Assembly: GCA_965205675.1 (NCBI GenBank)
Contig: OZ242186.1
Span: 256,001 to 320,000, forward strand
DNA length: 64,000 nucleotides
Source of the DNA: Nitrosopumilus sp.
Lineage (GTDB): Archaea > Thermoproteota > Nitrososphaeria > Nitrososphaerales > Nitrosopumilaceae
Direction of reading: 5' to 3'
Numbering within the stretch: position 1 is the stretch's first letter; the number at the start of each line of letters is the position of its first letter. Below, in pieces: positions 51,956 through 61,454 of the stretch. The notes beneath the pieces are model-generated. The model ran no database searches. It worked only from the letters and a program-made list of their open reading frames with translations, and was not told the origin of the DNA. A program made the translations under genes and the position numbers.

Positions 51956-53032
51956 ATGATAAAGGCAGTTTCATGTATATTTTTGATATTACTACTAGTT
52001 TCATTCTCTCAGACATCTTCAGCAGAAACTATTGATAATACTCCTACACTAATTGTGGATCTTGATAAAGAAAATATTCATGTTTACAAGGATTCTGAAG
52101 GATTCACAGTTGTAGTCGGCCTAGTTGAAAACAAGGATTCTCTTACTTCTGTAACTAATGTGCAAATTCAGGCAAACTTTTTCACTCAATATGGAACTAC
52201 CCCCGTTGAAGTAACTTTAGGAAGTACTGCTCTTGAGGTTATTCCACCAAATGGGAAATCCCCATTTTTAATCCGTTCAGAATCTACAACTTTTAACATC
52301 TCTGAAGCATCTGTCTCTCTTCTAAGTTTTGACTCTTCAATAGAAAAACAAAAAGAATTTCTTGTATATTCTAGTGACATATTTTTAGATAACACTTTAG
52401 AATTTTCTGGGGTTTTAAAAAATGGAGGTGCTCCAAATACTAACACCACAGTATACTTGGCATTTTATGATAATTTTGAACCTCCAAGAATACTTGATGT
52501 TTCTACTATTGAACTAGGTGAGGTTGATCCGAATGTAGATGTTAATTTTGAGTTTAATGAAACAATTGATCATCAAGCTGTAGGATTTTGGCTTTTTGCT
52601 GAATCCAATGTTTTCTATTCTGATTTTGTTGATGTAAAAATTCCACAATCCTCAGTTCCGACTAAAAAAGTAACAATCTCTAATGTATCTGTAAAAGACT
52701 CTAACGGAGAAACATTATCTGAACTTGATGTTGGCTCTACTTTTTATATAAATAGTAAAACCTCAATAGAATTTTCTACTGATACTGCATCTGAAACTGC
52801 ATACACTTACTATGTCCAAATAAAAAAATCACCTGATCATCGTGATGACTCACCCATTGTAGAATACATTGGAAAGTTTGATGGTAGATTTATTGGAAAT
52901 AGTGTAGAAACTCAAACCATTGATTGGATTCCACAACAATCTGGATTCTTTTTCATTGAAACCTTTGTCTGGGATAGAAATCATATTCCAATTGCTGAGC
53001 AGGGTCCATATACTCTGATAATAGTAAAATAA
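51956..53032 (+). CDS. Secreted beta-rich (Ig/FxLYD-like) surface protein
   Basis: Signal peptide; VVGLVEN...IPPNGKSPF; YLAFYD; IETFVWD. Confidence 0.7.
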   Translation: MIKAVSCIFLILLLVSFSQTSSAETIDNTPTLIVDLDKENIHVYKDSEGFTVVVGLVENKDSLTSVTNVQIQANFFTQYGTTPVEVTLGSTALEVIPPNGKSPFLIRSESTTFNISEASVSLLSFDSSIEKQKEFLVYSSDIFLDNTLEFSGVLKNGGAPNTNTTVYLAFYDNFEPPRILDVSTIELGEVDPNVDVNFEFNETIDHQAVGFWLFAESNVFYSDFVDVKIPQSSVPTKKVTISNVSVKDSNGETLSELDVGSTFYINSKTSIEFSTDTASETAYTYYVQIKKSPDHRDDSPIVEYIGKFDGRFIGNSVETQTIDWIPQQSGFFFIETFVWDRNHIPIAEQGPYTLIIVK

Positions 53033-53071
53033 AACCCTTCTCTGTTATTTCAAAATTTCCTCACCGTTTAA

Positions 53072-53785
53072 ATGCAGAGAGAAATGTGTCAACTTGTGAT
53101 ATCAAGTAAATTTTTCATTATTTCTATAATTTCTCTAATTCTCATATCTTCTACTGGAGAATCTGTTTTAGGTTATGGTGGACCGCCAGAACAAAGTAAT
53201 GCCAATAATTACACTGTGGAGATAATTTCTGATAATACTTCATATACACTTGGCGATACTGTAACCTTTTCTGGCAGTGTTAACAAATATGATGAAGATA
53301 GAAATCTACGAATTTCAATTTTTGGTTCTGATAATGATCTAATTGTGACTCAAAAAACTCCTGTAGGCGCAGATGGTACATTTTCACATAATGTTATACT
53401 AGATGAAAAATTCATTGATGGTGAATTTATTGTTAAAGCTCAATATGGAAACTCTAAAGCAACAGTCAAAATTATTTCTTTTCAAATAAATTCAAATGAT
53501 TCAGTTTCTGAAAACAATGCAATTCCTGACTGGATTAAGAATAATGCTGGATGGTGGGCAGATGGACAAATTGATGATAATTCATTTGTTGAAGGTATTC
53601 AATTCTTGATCAAAGAAGGATTTATGCAAATTCCAATAACTGAACAAGGTTCAGTTTCTGAAAACAATGCAATTCCTGACTGGATTAAGAATAATGCTGG
53701 ATGGTGGGCAGATGGACAAATTGATGATAATTCATTTGTTGAAGGTATTCAATTCTTGATCAAAGAAGGATTTATGAAATTATGA
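53072..53785 (+). CDS. Secreted protein with two IPDWIKNNAGWW (thaumarchaeal surface) domains
   Basis: Signal peptide; 126-bp identical duplication 53501-53626 / 53651-53776. Confidence 0.8.
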   Translation: MQREMCQLVISSKFFIISIISLILISSTGESVLGYGGPPEQSNANNYTVEIISDNTSYTLGDTVTFSGSVNKYDEDRNLRISIFGSDNDLIVTQKTPVGADGTFSHNVILDEKFIDGEFIVKAQYGNSKATVKIISFQINSNDSVSENNAIPDWIKNNAGWWADGQIDDNSFVEGIQFLIKEGFMQIPITEQGSVSENNAIPDWIKNNAGWWADGQIDDNSFVEGIQFLIKEGFMKL

Positions 53786-53871
53786 AAATAAAATCCATTT
53801 TCACCAATAATTATACTCAAAATACATAAAAAAACTAGTAGATTTATTTTCAAAGAAAACCAACTATTTGT

Positions 53872-54348
53872 ATGTCCAAATATTCTCTTGTCGCAATGGG
53901 TGGAACTTTTGATATCATCCATAAAGGACATCTAACTTTACTTTCAAATGCATTTGATATTTCTGATAAAGTAATAATAGGAATTACTAGTGATGAACTT
54001 GCTGCAAAAAGAGGCAAAGTTCCCACAAACAATTATGATAACCGTTTTGAGAATTTAATATCAATTATTTCAAAAGAATTCCCTAATACTTTTTCTGAGA
54101 TTAGTAAATTGGATAATGATTTTGGACCAGCTGTTTTAGAAAAAAAAGTTGAGGCACTAGTTGTCAGTGATGAAACAAGTAATCAAGGAATTATACTTAA
54201 TGAATTAAGAGCAAAAAAAAATCTGCCTCCTATTGAAATTATTGTTGTTCCAATGTTTTTGGCAAAAGATGGAACAAGAATATCTACGACTAGGATTAAA
54301 AATTCAGAAATTGATGTTGATGGAAACTTGCTATCAATTGACAAGTAG
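53872..54348 (+). CDS. coaD: Phosphopantetheine adenylyltransferase (archaeal)
   Basis: GGTFDIIHKGH, VVSDET, RISTTRI. Confidence 0.9.
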   Translation: MSKYSLVAMGGTFDIIHKGHLTLLSNAFDISDKVIIGITSDELAAKRGKVPTNNYDNRFENLISIISKEFPNTFSEISKLDNDFGPAVLEKKVEALVVSDETSNQGIILNELRAKKNLPPIEIIVVPMFLAKDGTRISTTRIKNSEIDVDGNLLSIDK

Positions 54349-54399
54349 CTTATCGAACTTTGAGTAATTGGAATAAAACAGAATTCTCAGATTGAGCTC

Positions 54400-54729
54400 A
54401 TGGCAATCATTAATCGCATGATGAAAAAAATTGATACTGATGTAGCAAATCTCAAACAAGGATTACATCCACAAAATCTTTCATATTGGTATGATAAAAT
54501 TATCCGAGAAACTATTGAAATGGCCCCGCCATGGCTTCAAGATAAAATCAAAGTTCATCAAGATCCTGTACTCTCAATGAAATTCAATTTAGATATTTCA
54601 AAACGTGCTGTAAGATATTTTATGATTGTAGTTGATAATAATTTAGACGACATGCCATATTCTACAAAACTCTATTTTCTCAAAGTACAAGAAATAATGT
54701 CCATCGAAATGGATAAATCTCTAGTTTAG
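54400..54729 (+). CDS. Conserved hypothetical protein
   Basis: Clean 109-aa ORF. Confidence 0.7.
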   Translation: MAIINRMMKKIDTDVANLKQGLHPQNLSYWYDKIIRETIEMAPPWLQDKIKVHQDPVLSMKFNLDISKRAVRYFMIVVDNNLDDMPYSTKLYFLKVQEIMSIEMDKSLV

Positions 54730-54802
54730 CACGATTTTTTATTCTAGGCACAAATTAAAGCTCTAACTATCTATATCCAATTGTTTTAGAATTTTCTATA
54801 AT

Positions 54803-55873
54803 ATGGAACTATACAAATCAAAATATTCAGATGGAAAAACCGATGGAAGACATTCAAGACGAGACAATAAATCATCTCGTTCTTTTAGAAATTCCAGAGA
54901 TGATAGAGATGAGTCTACAGCTGTAACTTGTTCTGATTGCGGTACTGAATGTACAGTTCCATTTGTTCCAAGAACTAACAAACCTGTTTACTGTAATGAT
55001 TGTTTCAGAGACAACAAACCACAAGATTCCAGAGATGATAGACATTCAAGAAATGATAGACATTCAAGAAATGATAGACATTCAAGAAATGATAGATATT
55101 CAAGATATTCCAGAGATGATAGAGATGAGTCTACAACTGTAACTTGTTCTGATTGCGGTACTGAATGTACAGTTCCATTTGTTCCAAGAACTAACAAACC
55201 TGTTTACTGTAATGATTGTTTCAGAGACAACAAACCACAAGATTCCAGAAATGATAGATATTCAAGAAATGATAGACATTCAAGATATTCCAGAGATGAT
55301 AGAGATGAGTCTACAACTGTAACTTGTTCTGATTGCGGTACTGAATGTACAGTTCCATTTGTTCCAAGAACTAACAAACCTGTTTACTGTAATGATTGTT
55401 TCAGAGACAACAAACCACAAGATTCCAGAGATGATAGATATTCAAGAAATAATAGAGGTTCTAGATCATCTAGACGAGAATCAAGTAGAGATGATTCCAG
55501 ATCTAGAAAACCTCGAAATGACAAATTTTTAAGAAAACAAGAAAGTTTCTTTTCTAATGGCTCAGATAAGTTTTATGAAACAATAAAAGAAAAATTATAT
55601 GAAATTCTAGGTGGAAAAATTTGTTCTAATTGTGGTTTCAAAGATGAAAGGGCATTAGGTATAAGCCCAATATCTGAAAATGTCACTTCTGATAATTCCG
55701 GACGTGGTGGTGATGCTGCCTCATGGGGAAAATACATTTCAGAACCAGATCTTGCTAGAGAAGAACTACAGGTATTTTGCTTAAATTGTAACCAAATTAG
55801 AGAGTCGATACCAAAACGAACTACAGATAAATCAAGACCAAAATCAAAAAAGAACAAATATTTTCCTAGATGA
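54803..55873 (+). CDS. Protein with three CxxC-x17-CxxC zinc ribbons, R/D/S-rich linkers and a degenerate HNH-like C-terminus
   Basis: 3x CSDCGTECTVPFVPRTNKPVYCNDC; LGGKICSNCG...RALGISPI...LQVFCLNCN. Confidence 0.82.
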   Translation: MELYKSKYSDGKTDGRHSRRDNKSSRSFRNSRDDRDESTAVTCSDCGTECTVPFVPRTNKPVYCNDCFRDNKPQDSRDDRHSRNDRHSRNDRHSRNDRYSRYSRDDRDESTTVTCSDCGTECTVPFVPRTNKPVYCNDCFRDNKPQDSRNDRYSRNDRHSRYSRDDRDESTTVTCSDCGTECTVPFVPRTNKPVYCNDCFRDNKPQDSRDDRYSRNNRGSRSSRRESSRDDSRSRKPRNDKFLRKQESFFSNGSDKFYETIKEKLYEILGGKICSNCGFKDERALGISPISENVTSDNSGRGGDAASWGKYISEPDLAREELQVFCLNCNQIRESIPKRTTDKSRPKSKKNKYFPR

Positions 55874-55932
55874 GTAAAATCATCTTTGAGAATTTGTTAA
55901 CACTTTAATTATAATTATTTTAAAATTAATTC

Positions 55933-56016
55933 ATGAATGGTGATTTCAAAGCATTAGGAATTTCTCTAATTGCTATGGTTGGAATTGTAACTGCATATGC
56001 TGTACTTGGTCTCTAA
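55933..56016 (+). CDS. 27-aa hydrophobic micro-protein
   Basis: MNGDFKALGISLIAMVGIVTAYAVLGL; TATA-like element upstream. Confidence 0.5.
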   Translation: MNGDFKALGISLIAMVGIVTAYAVLGL

Positions 56017-56017
56017 A

Positions 56018-56299
56018 CTATTCTTTGACTATTTCTACAACATGTCCGATAATTTTAGTTGAAATTATCATATGTCCTTTATCTAATACTGATTGAATAA
56101 AATCTGCAAATTTTTCTACTGTTTCTTCATTTTCAAGTAGTATGCTATGTGCAGATTTATCCTTTAGTGAAATTACTAGTTCATTTTTAACTACATTTAG
56201 AATTCCCGTAATGTATGTCTCTTTTCCGTCTTTTATGAAAATCAGACTAGCTAGCTTTTGTGCTTCATATTTGTCATCACAGATTATGTTGATTTTCAT
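56018..56299 (-). CDS. Hypothetical protein
   Basis: Overlaps the trpS stop codon (ATGA coupling). Confidence 0.7.
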   Translation of the reverse strand: MKINIICDDKYEAQKLASLIFIKDGKETYITGILNVVKNELVISLKDKSAHSILLENEETVEKFADFIQSVLDKGHMIISTKIIGHVVEIVKE

Positions 56300-57408
56300 T
56301 TATTCTCAAAAAGAAATTGTTCTATCTGATTTTTTGCCTTTTCTCTCTTTTCTTGATGAACTGCAAGAAATTGATTAATTTTTTCAATTAAAATTGCTTT
56401 TAGTTCTCCTGAAAGTAATTTCCCAGATTTGTAGTCTTCATAAATTGCTTTTAGTTTATCATCATCTGGTTCAAAAAATATTCTTAGATATTGATATGAT
56501 ACATCAATATCTGGTTTTCCACCTAATTTTCTGTGTTGTTCAATATCTTGCTGTCCTCCTGAAAATGCATACTTGTTAATTTTCTTTTTTACTTCTTCTG
56601 GAGAATCAGTTGTGTATATTGTGCCTTTTTGATCCGATGCAGACATTTTTCCTCCTGGTCCTTCTAAACTAGGAATCATAATATTGTGAATCAAAGCTGG
56701 TTTTTGTTTTCCAATTTTTGGTGCAATATCTCTTGTTAATCTAAAATGTGGATCTTGATCAACTCCTAATGGAATCAACACTGGCTTGTCTTCAATAAAA
56801 CATGGCGCTGATTGTAATGATGTATAAAAAATCATTCCCAGATTTGTTTCATTTGTAAAACCAAATGTAGCTTTTGTATTAGAAAAATTAATTTTCTTTG
56901 CTACTTGAGCTGCAATTGGATAAAGTGTTTGAATATTTCTAGTATTGATTATAATTTTTGTTTTTTCAGGGTCGAAACCTAATGCGATAAAATCTAATGC
57001 ATTCTCATATGCAAATTTCTTTGTTTCTTCTAAAGTCAGTTCAGATTTGGAATAAAATTTCTCATCATCTGTAAGTTGAAAGTACATGGTAACATCAAAT
57101 TTTTCTTGTAACCATTTTGCAAACATCCATGGAACTAAATGCCCTATGTGAGTATGACCTGATGGACCTCTCCCAGTGTATAGAAAGAATTTGTTTCCTT
57201 TTTCATACTCATCAAGTATTCTAGTCATTTCTCTATGAGAGAAGAAAATACTCCTTCTGAGCATAAAATGGTCTTCTCTTGTAATTTTCTTGATTCTTTG
57301 AAGTAATTCTGAAGAAATCTTTTCAGTCCCAAATTGCTTGATTAGTTTATCATAGTCAATATCGCCCTCTACATGCCAAGGAGTTACAATAAAGTCATCA
57401 GCTGACAT
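56296..57408 (-). CDS. trpS: Tryptophanyl-tRNA synthetase
   Basis: YTGRGPS, HIGH, DQDPHFR, KMSAS. Confidence 0.97.
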   Translation of the reverse strand: MSADDFIVTPWHVEGDIDYDKLIKQFGTEKISSELLQRIKKITREDHFMLRRSIFFSHREMTRILDEYEKGNKFFLYTGRGPSGHTHIGHLVPWMFAKWLQEKFDVTMYFQLTDDEKFYSKSELTLEETKKFAYENALDFIALGFDPEKTKIIINTRNIQTLYPIAAQVAKKINFSNTKATFGFTNETNLGMIFYTSLQSAPCFIEDKPVLIPLGVDQDPHFRLTRDIAPKIGKQKPALIHNIMIPSLEGPGGKMSASDQKGTIYTTDSPEEVKKKINKYAFSGGQQDIEQHRKLGGKPDIDVSYQYLRIFFEPDDDKLKAIYEDYKSGKLLSGELKAILIEKINQFLAVHQEKREKAKNQIEQFLFENK

Positions 57409-57459
57409 TCCTCTTGACTTAGGTTAAGGTTTAAAAAGTCTTTTTCGGATTCTCTGCTG

Positions 57460-58848
57460 TTGTCGCAAGTTTTTCATGAAATTGAAAAAAAAATTATTAA
57501 CTCTTTACGATATAATCCAATACAGACTCCTGAAACACTAGAAACATCTACACAACTTTCACCTGATCAAATCCGACGAGGAATTGAATGGCTTAAACTA
57601 AAAGACTTGGCAATTGTTGTTGAATCAAAATCAAGTGTTATGAGTTTAGGTAAAAATGGTCTTGAATCATTTCAAAAAGGATTGCCTGAAAGAAGATTGT
57701 TAGATTTACTAAAGAATGGACCACAAAAATTATCTGTTCTACAAAAAGAATTAGGATTTGTATTTGGACCTTCTATGGGACTAGCTAGAAAAAATAATTG
57801 GGTAGAGTCCTCATCTGATGAAATTTCTATAAAGAATCCTCCATCAGAACTTCCTGGGGAAAAAACTCTAAAATTAATTGGAAATGAAAAATTATCTAAA
57901 GATAAAATTGACAACGATGATTTATCTGGACTTTTGACAAGACCTGATTTTATCATTGAAGATATTATTAAAACAAAAGAAATTTCTTTATCTAATGCAG
58001 CAAAATCTATTCAGATCTCAGATTCAATTGGTGGAATTGACGTTGAAGCTAAGGTTCCCGATGTGTTTGTTGCAAGAACTCATCCTCTAAAAGACACTAT
58101 AGACGAGATTCGTGAAATCTTTGTCACACTTGGATTTTCTGAAATATTTGGCAACATGACTCAATCAAGCTTTTGGAATTTTGATTCATTATTTACTCCA
58201 CAAGATCATCCTGCAAGAGAATTACAAGATACATTTTATCTTGATAAAATAAATGCCAAAAAAATTGGAACTCCTGAACAAATAAGAAAAGTTTCTGAAT
58301 CTCACAAAAAGAATTGGAGATACAAATGGGATATTAACGAAGCAAGAAAAATGGTTCTTAGAACTCATACTACTTGTGTTACCATCAAACATTTAGCTGA
58401 AAACAAACCTGATGAGGCACGAATATTTTCTTTGGGTCGCGTATTTAGAAATGAAAAAGTAAGTTACAAACATCTTGTCGAATTTAATCAAATTGAGGGG
58501 GTTATTGTTGGTAAAGATGCTTCTTTGAGAAATCTAATGGGAATTCAACGAGAGTTTTACAAACGAATTGGAATTACAAAAATAAAATTTTGGCCAACAT
58601 TTTTCCCATACACTGAGCCTTCACTTCAAACTATGGTTTACAATGAAAAATTAGGAAAATGGATTGAATTGTTTGGAATGGGCATTTTTAGATCTGAAGT
58701 AACAAAACCCCTTGGCATCACCCAACCTGTTTTAGCTTGGGGTGGAGGTATTGAAAGAATTGCCATGCTAAAATATGAGTTAGATGATGTCAGAGAATTT
58801 TACAATAACAATTTTGGATGGTTGAGGAATGCTACAAAATGCCAGTAG
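57460..58848 (+). CDS. pheS: Phenylalanyl-tRNA synthetase alpha subunit
   Basis: PQDHPARELQDTF, LRTHTT, FPYTEPS, GIERIAM. Confidence 0.97.
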   Translation: MSQVFHEIEKKIINSLRYNPIQTPETLETSTQLSPDQIRRGIEWLKLKDLAIVVESKSSVMSLGKNGLESFQKGLPERRLLDLLKNGPQKLSVLQKELGFVFGPSMGLARKNNWVESSSDEISIKNPPSELPGEKTLKLIGNEKLSKDKIDNDDLSGLLTRPDFIIEDIIKTKEISLSNAAKSIQISDSIGGIDVEAKVPDVFVARTHPLKDTIDEIREIFVTLGFSEIFGNMTQSSFWNFDSLFTPQDHPARELQDTFYLDKINAKKIGTPEQIRKVSESHKKNWRYKWDINEARKMVLRTHTTCVTIKHLAENKPDEARIFSLGRVFRNEKVSYKHLVEFNQIEGVIVGKDASLRNLMGIQREFYKRIGITKIKFWPTFFPYTEPSLQTMVYNEKLGKWIELFGMGIFRSEVTKPLGITQPVLAWGGGIERIAMLKYELDDVREFYNNNFGWLRNATKCQ

Positions 58849-60479
58849 TTGAATTATCCTACAAGCGTCTCCAAAAATTAGTTGGAAAAGTATCTAAAAA
58901 ACAAATTTCTGACTCTTTACCATTTCTTGGACTGGATATAGAATCGCAAGACAATGATCAAATTAGGATAGAATACAGTCCAAACAGACCTGATTATTCA
59001 ACTGATTTTGGAATCGCATTAGGTTTGCAAGGATTACTTGGAATCAAAACTGGTACAGTAAAATTTGGTGTAAAAAAATCCAACAAGTACCAAATCACTG
59101 TTAAACCAACTGTCTCTCAGATTAGACCATTTGTAACTGGTATTATTGCAAAAAATGGCAAAATTGATGATAAGACAATCAAACAACTAATGACAATGCA
59201 AGAAGATCTTCATTTTGGAATCGGAAGAAAAAGAAAAAAATCTTCAATTGGAATACATGATTTAGATGCCATCTCATTTCCACTAGTTTATACAACAACT
59301 AACAGAAATCATAAATTCATTCCTTTAAATTCTGAAAATGAAATATCTATCTCAGAAATACTAACAAACACTGATGTCGGAAAAGATTATGGTTCTCTAC
59401 TCGGAGAATCTTCTCAAGTACCACTAATTTTAGATGAAAATCAAAATACTGTATCTTTTCCTCCGATAATTAATGCTGCAATTACTACAGTTACTACAAA
59501 AACAAAAAACCTCTTCGTTGAGGTAACTGGTATCAATAAAGCAGATGTTGAAGATATGCTTGCAGTCGTGGCAACTATTTTACAGAGTGCAGGATTTTGT
59601 TTAGAATCTGTAAAAATTACAGGCTCAAAAAATACTTCGCCAAAACTAGCACAGAGAAAAATGACTGTTACTTCTTCATTGATTAATCAAATTTTGGGTT
59701 TGAATCTTACTACATCTAAAATAATTTCATCTCTAAAAAAATCTAGATTGGATGCATCATCTCAAGGCTCTAGTATTATTTGTACAATTCCTGCATATCG
59801 ATTTGATATTTTTGGACCTATGGATTTAATAGAAGAAATTGCTTTAGGATATGGAATCCAAAATCTAGAACCTACAGTATCCTCTTCTCAAACTATAGGT
59901 AAAACAAATCCTGTTTCTCTAAAACTCAAATCCTTAGATCAAACTATGATAGGACTTGGATTTTTAGAAGCTTTGAATTCTAGTTTGAGTAGTAAACGTG
60001 TATTATATGATATGACTAATCGATATCCAACGAAAATTATCTCTGTACTTGATTCAAAAAGTCAAGAACATACTATTTTACGTGACTCTATACTTCCTGG
60101 ATTATTAGAAAATCTTTCACGAAACATACATGAGACATACCCTCAAAAAATATTTGAAACTGGAACTGTTTTTACTTTTGAGAATCCAATATCTGAAAAA
60201 ATTAATTTTTCCGGTACTAGTGCGCACAAAGATGCCAATTTCACAGAAATAAAATCAATAATTCAATCTGCATTAAAAATTGGATTTGGAATTAACATAG
60301 AAACAAAAACTGCAACTAATCCTACATTTGAGGATGGTCATTGTGCATCAATTATTCTAAACAATACACCAATTGGAATTATTGGAAAAATTGATTCAAA
60401 GATTATCAAAAATTACAAAATTCGTGTCCCTGTAGTTGGATTTGAGTTCTCCTTATCTGAATCCATTCTTAAAAATTAA
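58839..60479 (+). CDS. pheT: Phenylalanyl-tRNA synthetase beta subunit
   Basis: PNRPDY, SFPPIIN, YRFDI...DLIEEIA. Confidence 0.95.
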   Translation: MPVVELSYKRLQKLVGKVSKKQISDSLPFLGLDIESQDNDQIRIEYSPNRPDYSTDFGIALGLQGLLGIKTGTVKFGVKKSNKYQITVKPTVSQIRPFVTGIIAKNGKIDDKTIKQLMTMQEDLHFGIGRKRKKSSIGIHDLDAISFPLVYTTTNRNHKFIPLNSENEISISEILTNTDVGKDYGSLLGESSQVPLILDENQNTVSFPPIINAAITTVTTKTKNLFVEVTGINKADVEDMLAVVATILQSAGFCLESVKITGSKNTSPKLAQRKMTVTSSLINQILGLNLTTSKIISSLKKSRLDASSQGSSIICTIPAYRFDIFGPMDLIEEIALGYGIQNLEPTVSSSQTIGKTNPVSLKLKSLDQTMIGLGFLEALNSSLSSKRVLYDMTNRYPTKIISVLDSKSQEHTILRDSILPGLLENLSRNIHETYPQKIFETGTVFTFENPISEKINFSGTSAHKDANFTEIKSIIQSALKIGFGINIETKTATNPTFEDGHCASIILNNTPIGIIGKIDSKIIKNYKIRVPVVGFEFSLSESILKN

Positions 60480-60556
60480 AATTAATTTATTCAAAAACGA
60501 TTTCCTCTTCAATGTTTTTTAGTAGGAATAATCCCTTATTTAATCGCCCAAGAGCA

Positions 60557-60710
60557 GGCATGCAGACGGATTAGGATGAGTCGATCGTAATGATACCAGT
60601 GATTTCTAATTCACCCAGGTGTGCTACATTACGGGTAACCCCGGTTTCAGAACGCGAGGAGGCGTATGGCTATGTACCAATGATCTTGTGCGAGTCAGAA
60701 CCGGGGAACA
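60557..60710 (+). ncRNA. Probable two-hairpin H/ACA guide RNA
   Basis: ggcatgc/gtgtgct+ACA (60626) and ccccggtt/aaccgggg+aACA (60708); each hairpin has an internal pocket and GA/UGA K-turn-like motifs. Confidence 0.65.
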
Positions 60711-60759
60711 CTTCTTTTCCAAAAACCATTAAAAACTAATAATAACACCAAAGTATGTA

Positions 60760-61179
60760 ATGGTAAACTATTGGTTAGCCAAACAAGAACCAGATGGTCC
60801 CCGAGGATATAATTTTGAACAACTCAAAAAAGATAAAATTACAGTATGGGATGGTGTTCATAACAATCTAGCATTAAAACACATGCGAGAAATGAAGTCC
60901 GGTGATCTTGTACTGTTTTATCATACAGGTAATGAACGACAAGCTGTAGGAATCATGCAAGTAACTTCAAAACCCTATTCTAATCCAAAAGAAGATCTTG
61001 AGCGCTTTATTGTAGTTGATGTAAAATACAAAAAATCACTGAAACGTCCAGTAACACTTGATGAAATAAAAAAAGAGAAAAAATTCAAAGATTGGGAATT
61101 GACACGAATTTCAAGACTATCTGTTATGCCAGTACCTAAGACAATTTGGGATGCTATTTTGAAAATGTCTCAAAACTAG
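60760..61179 (+). CDS. EVE domain protein
   Basis: YWLAKQEP, WDGVHN, GDLVLFYH, RLSVMPV. Confidence 0.92.
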   Translation: MVNYWLAKQEPDGPRGYNFEQLKKDKITVWDGVHNNLALKHMREMKSGDLVLFYHTGNERQAVGIMQVTSKPYSNPKEDLERFIVVDVKYKKSLKRPVTLDEIKKEKKFKDWELTRISRLSVMPVPKTIWDAILKMSQN

Positions 61180-61454
61180 TAAGTTGATTTATTGATAAAA
61201 TGAATGTAAACAATAGGGTTTTAGGTATATTGATGGATAATGGAAACTTGTCTAGACTGTGATCCTTTGTTAGGTTTTGTTTTGCAAAACTTCAAAGGAA
61301 TATCAAAACAGATCAAACAATAAACAGGATAGTTCAAAATATCATATCCAAGGAAACCATACATGAAGAAATTCTTAGAATGATAGTTCAAGTGTCAAGA
61401 GATCATTTTAATGTTGTAGAACAAAGTCCACTCAAAACCATCCCAAAAATGGCA

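Noticed and set aside
54892-55445. Long direct repeats with short variable spacers (CRISPR-like)
   Set aside because: In-frame coding repeats of zinc-ribbon modules; the spacers are themselves tandem repeats.
61200-61450. Possible gene remnant (ETIHEEILRMIV) between the EVE and PAP2 genes
   Set aside because: Too short and interrupted to assign.
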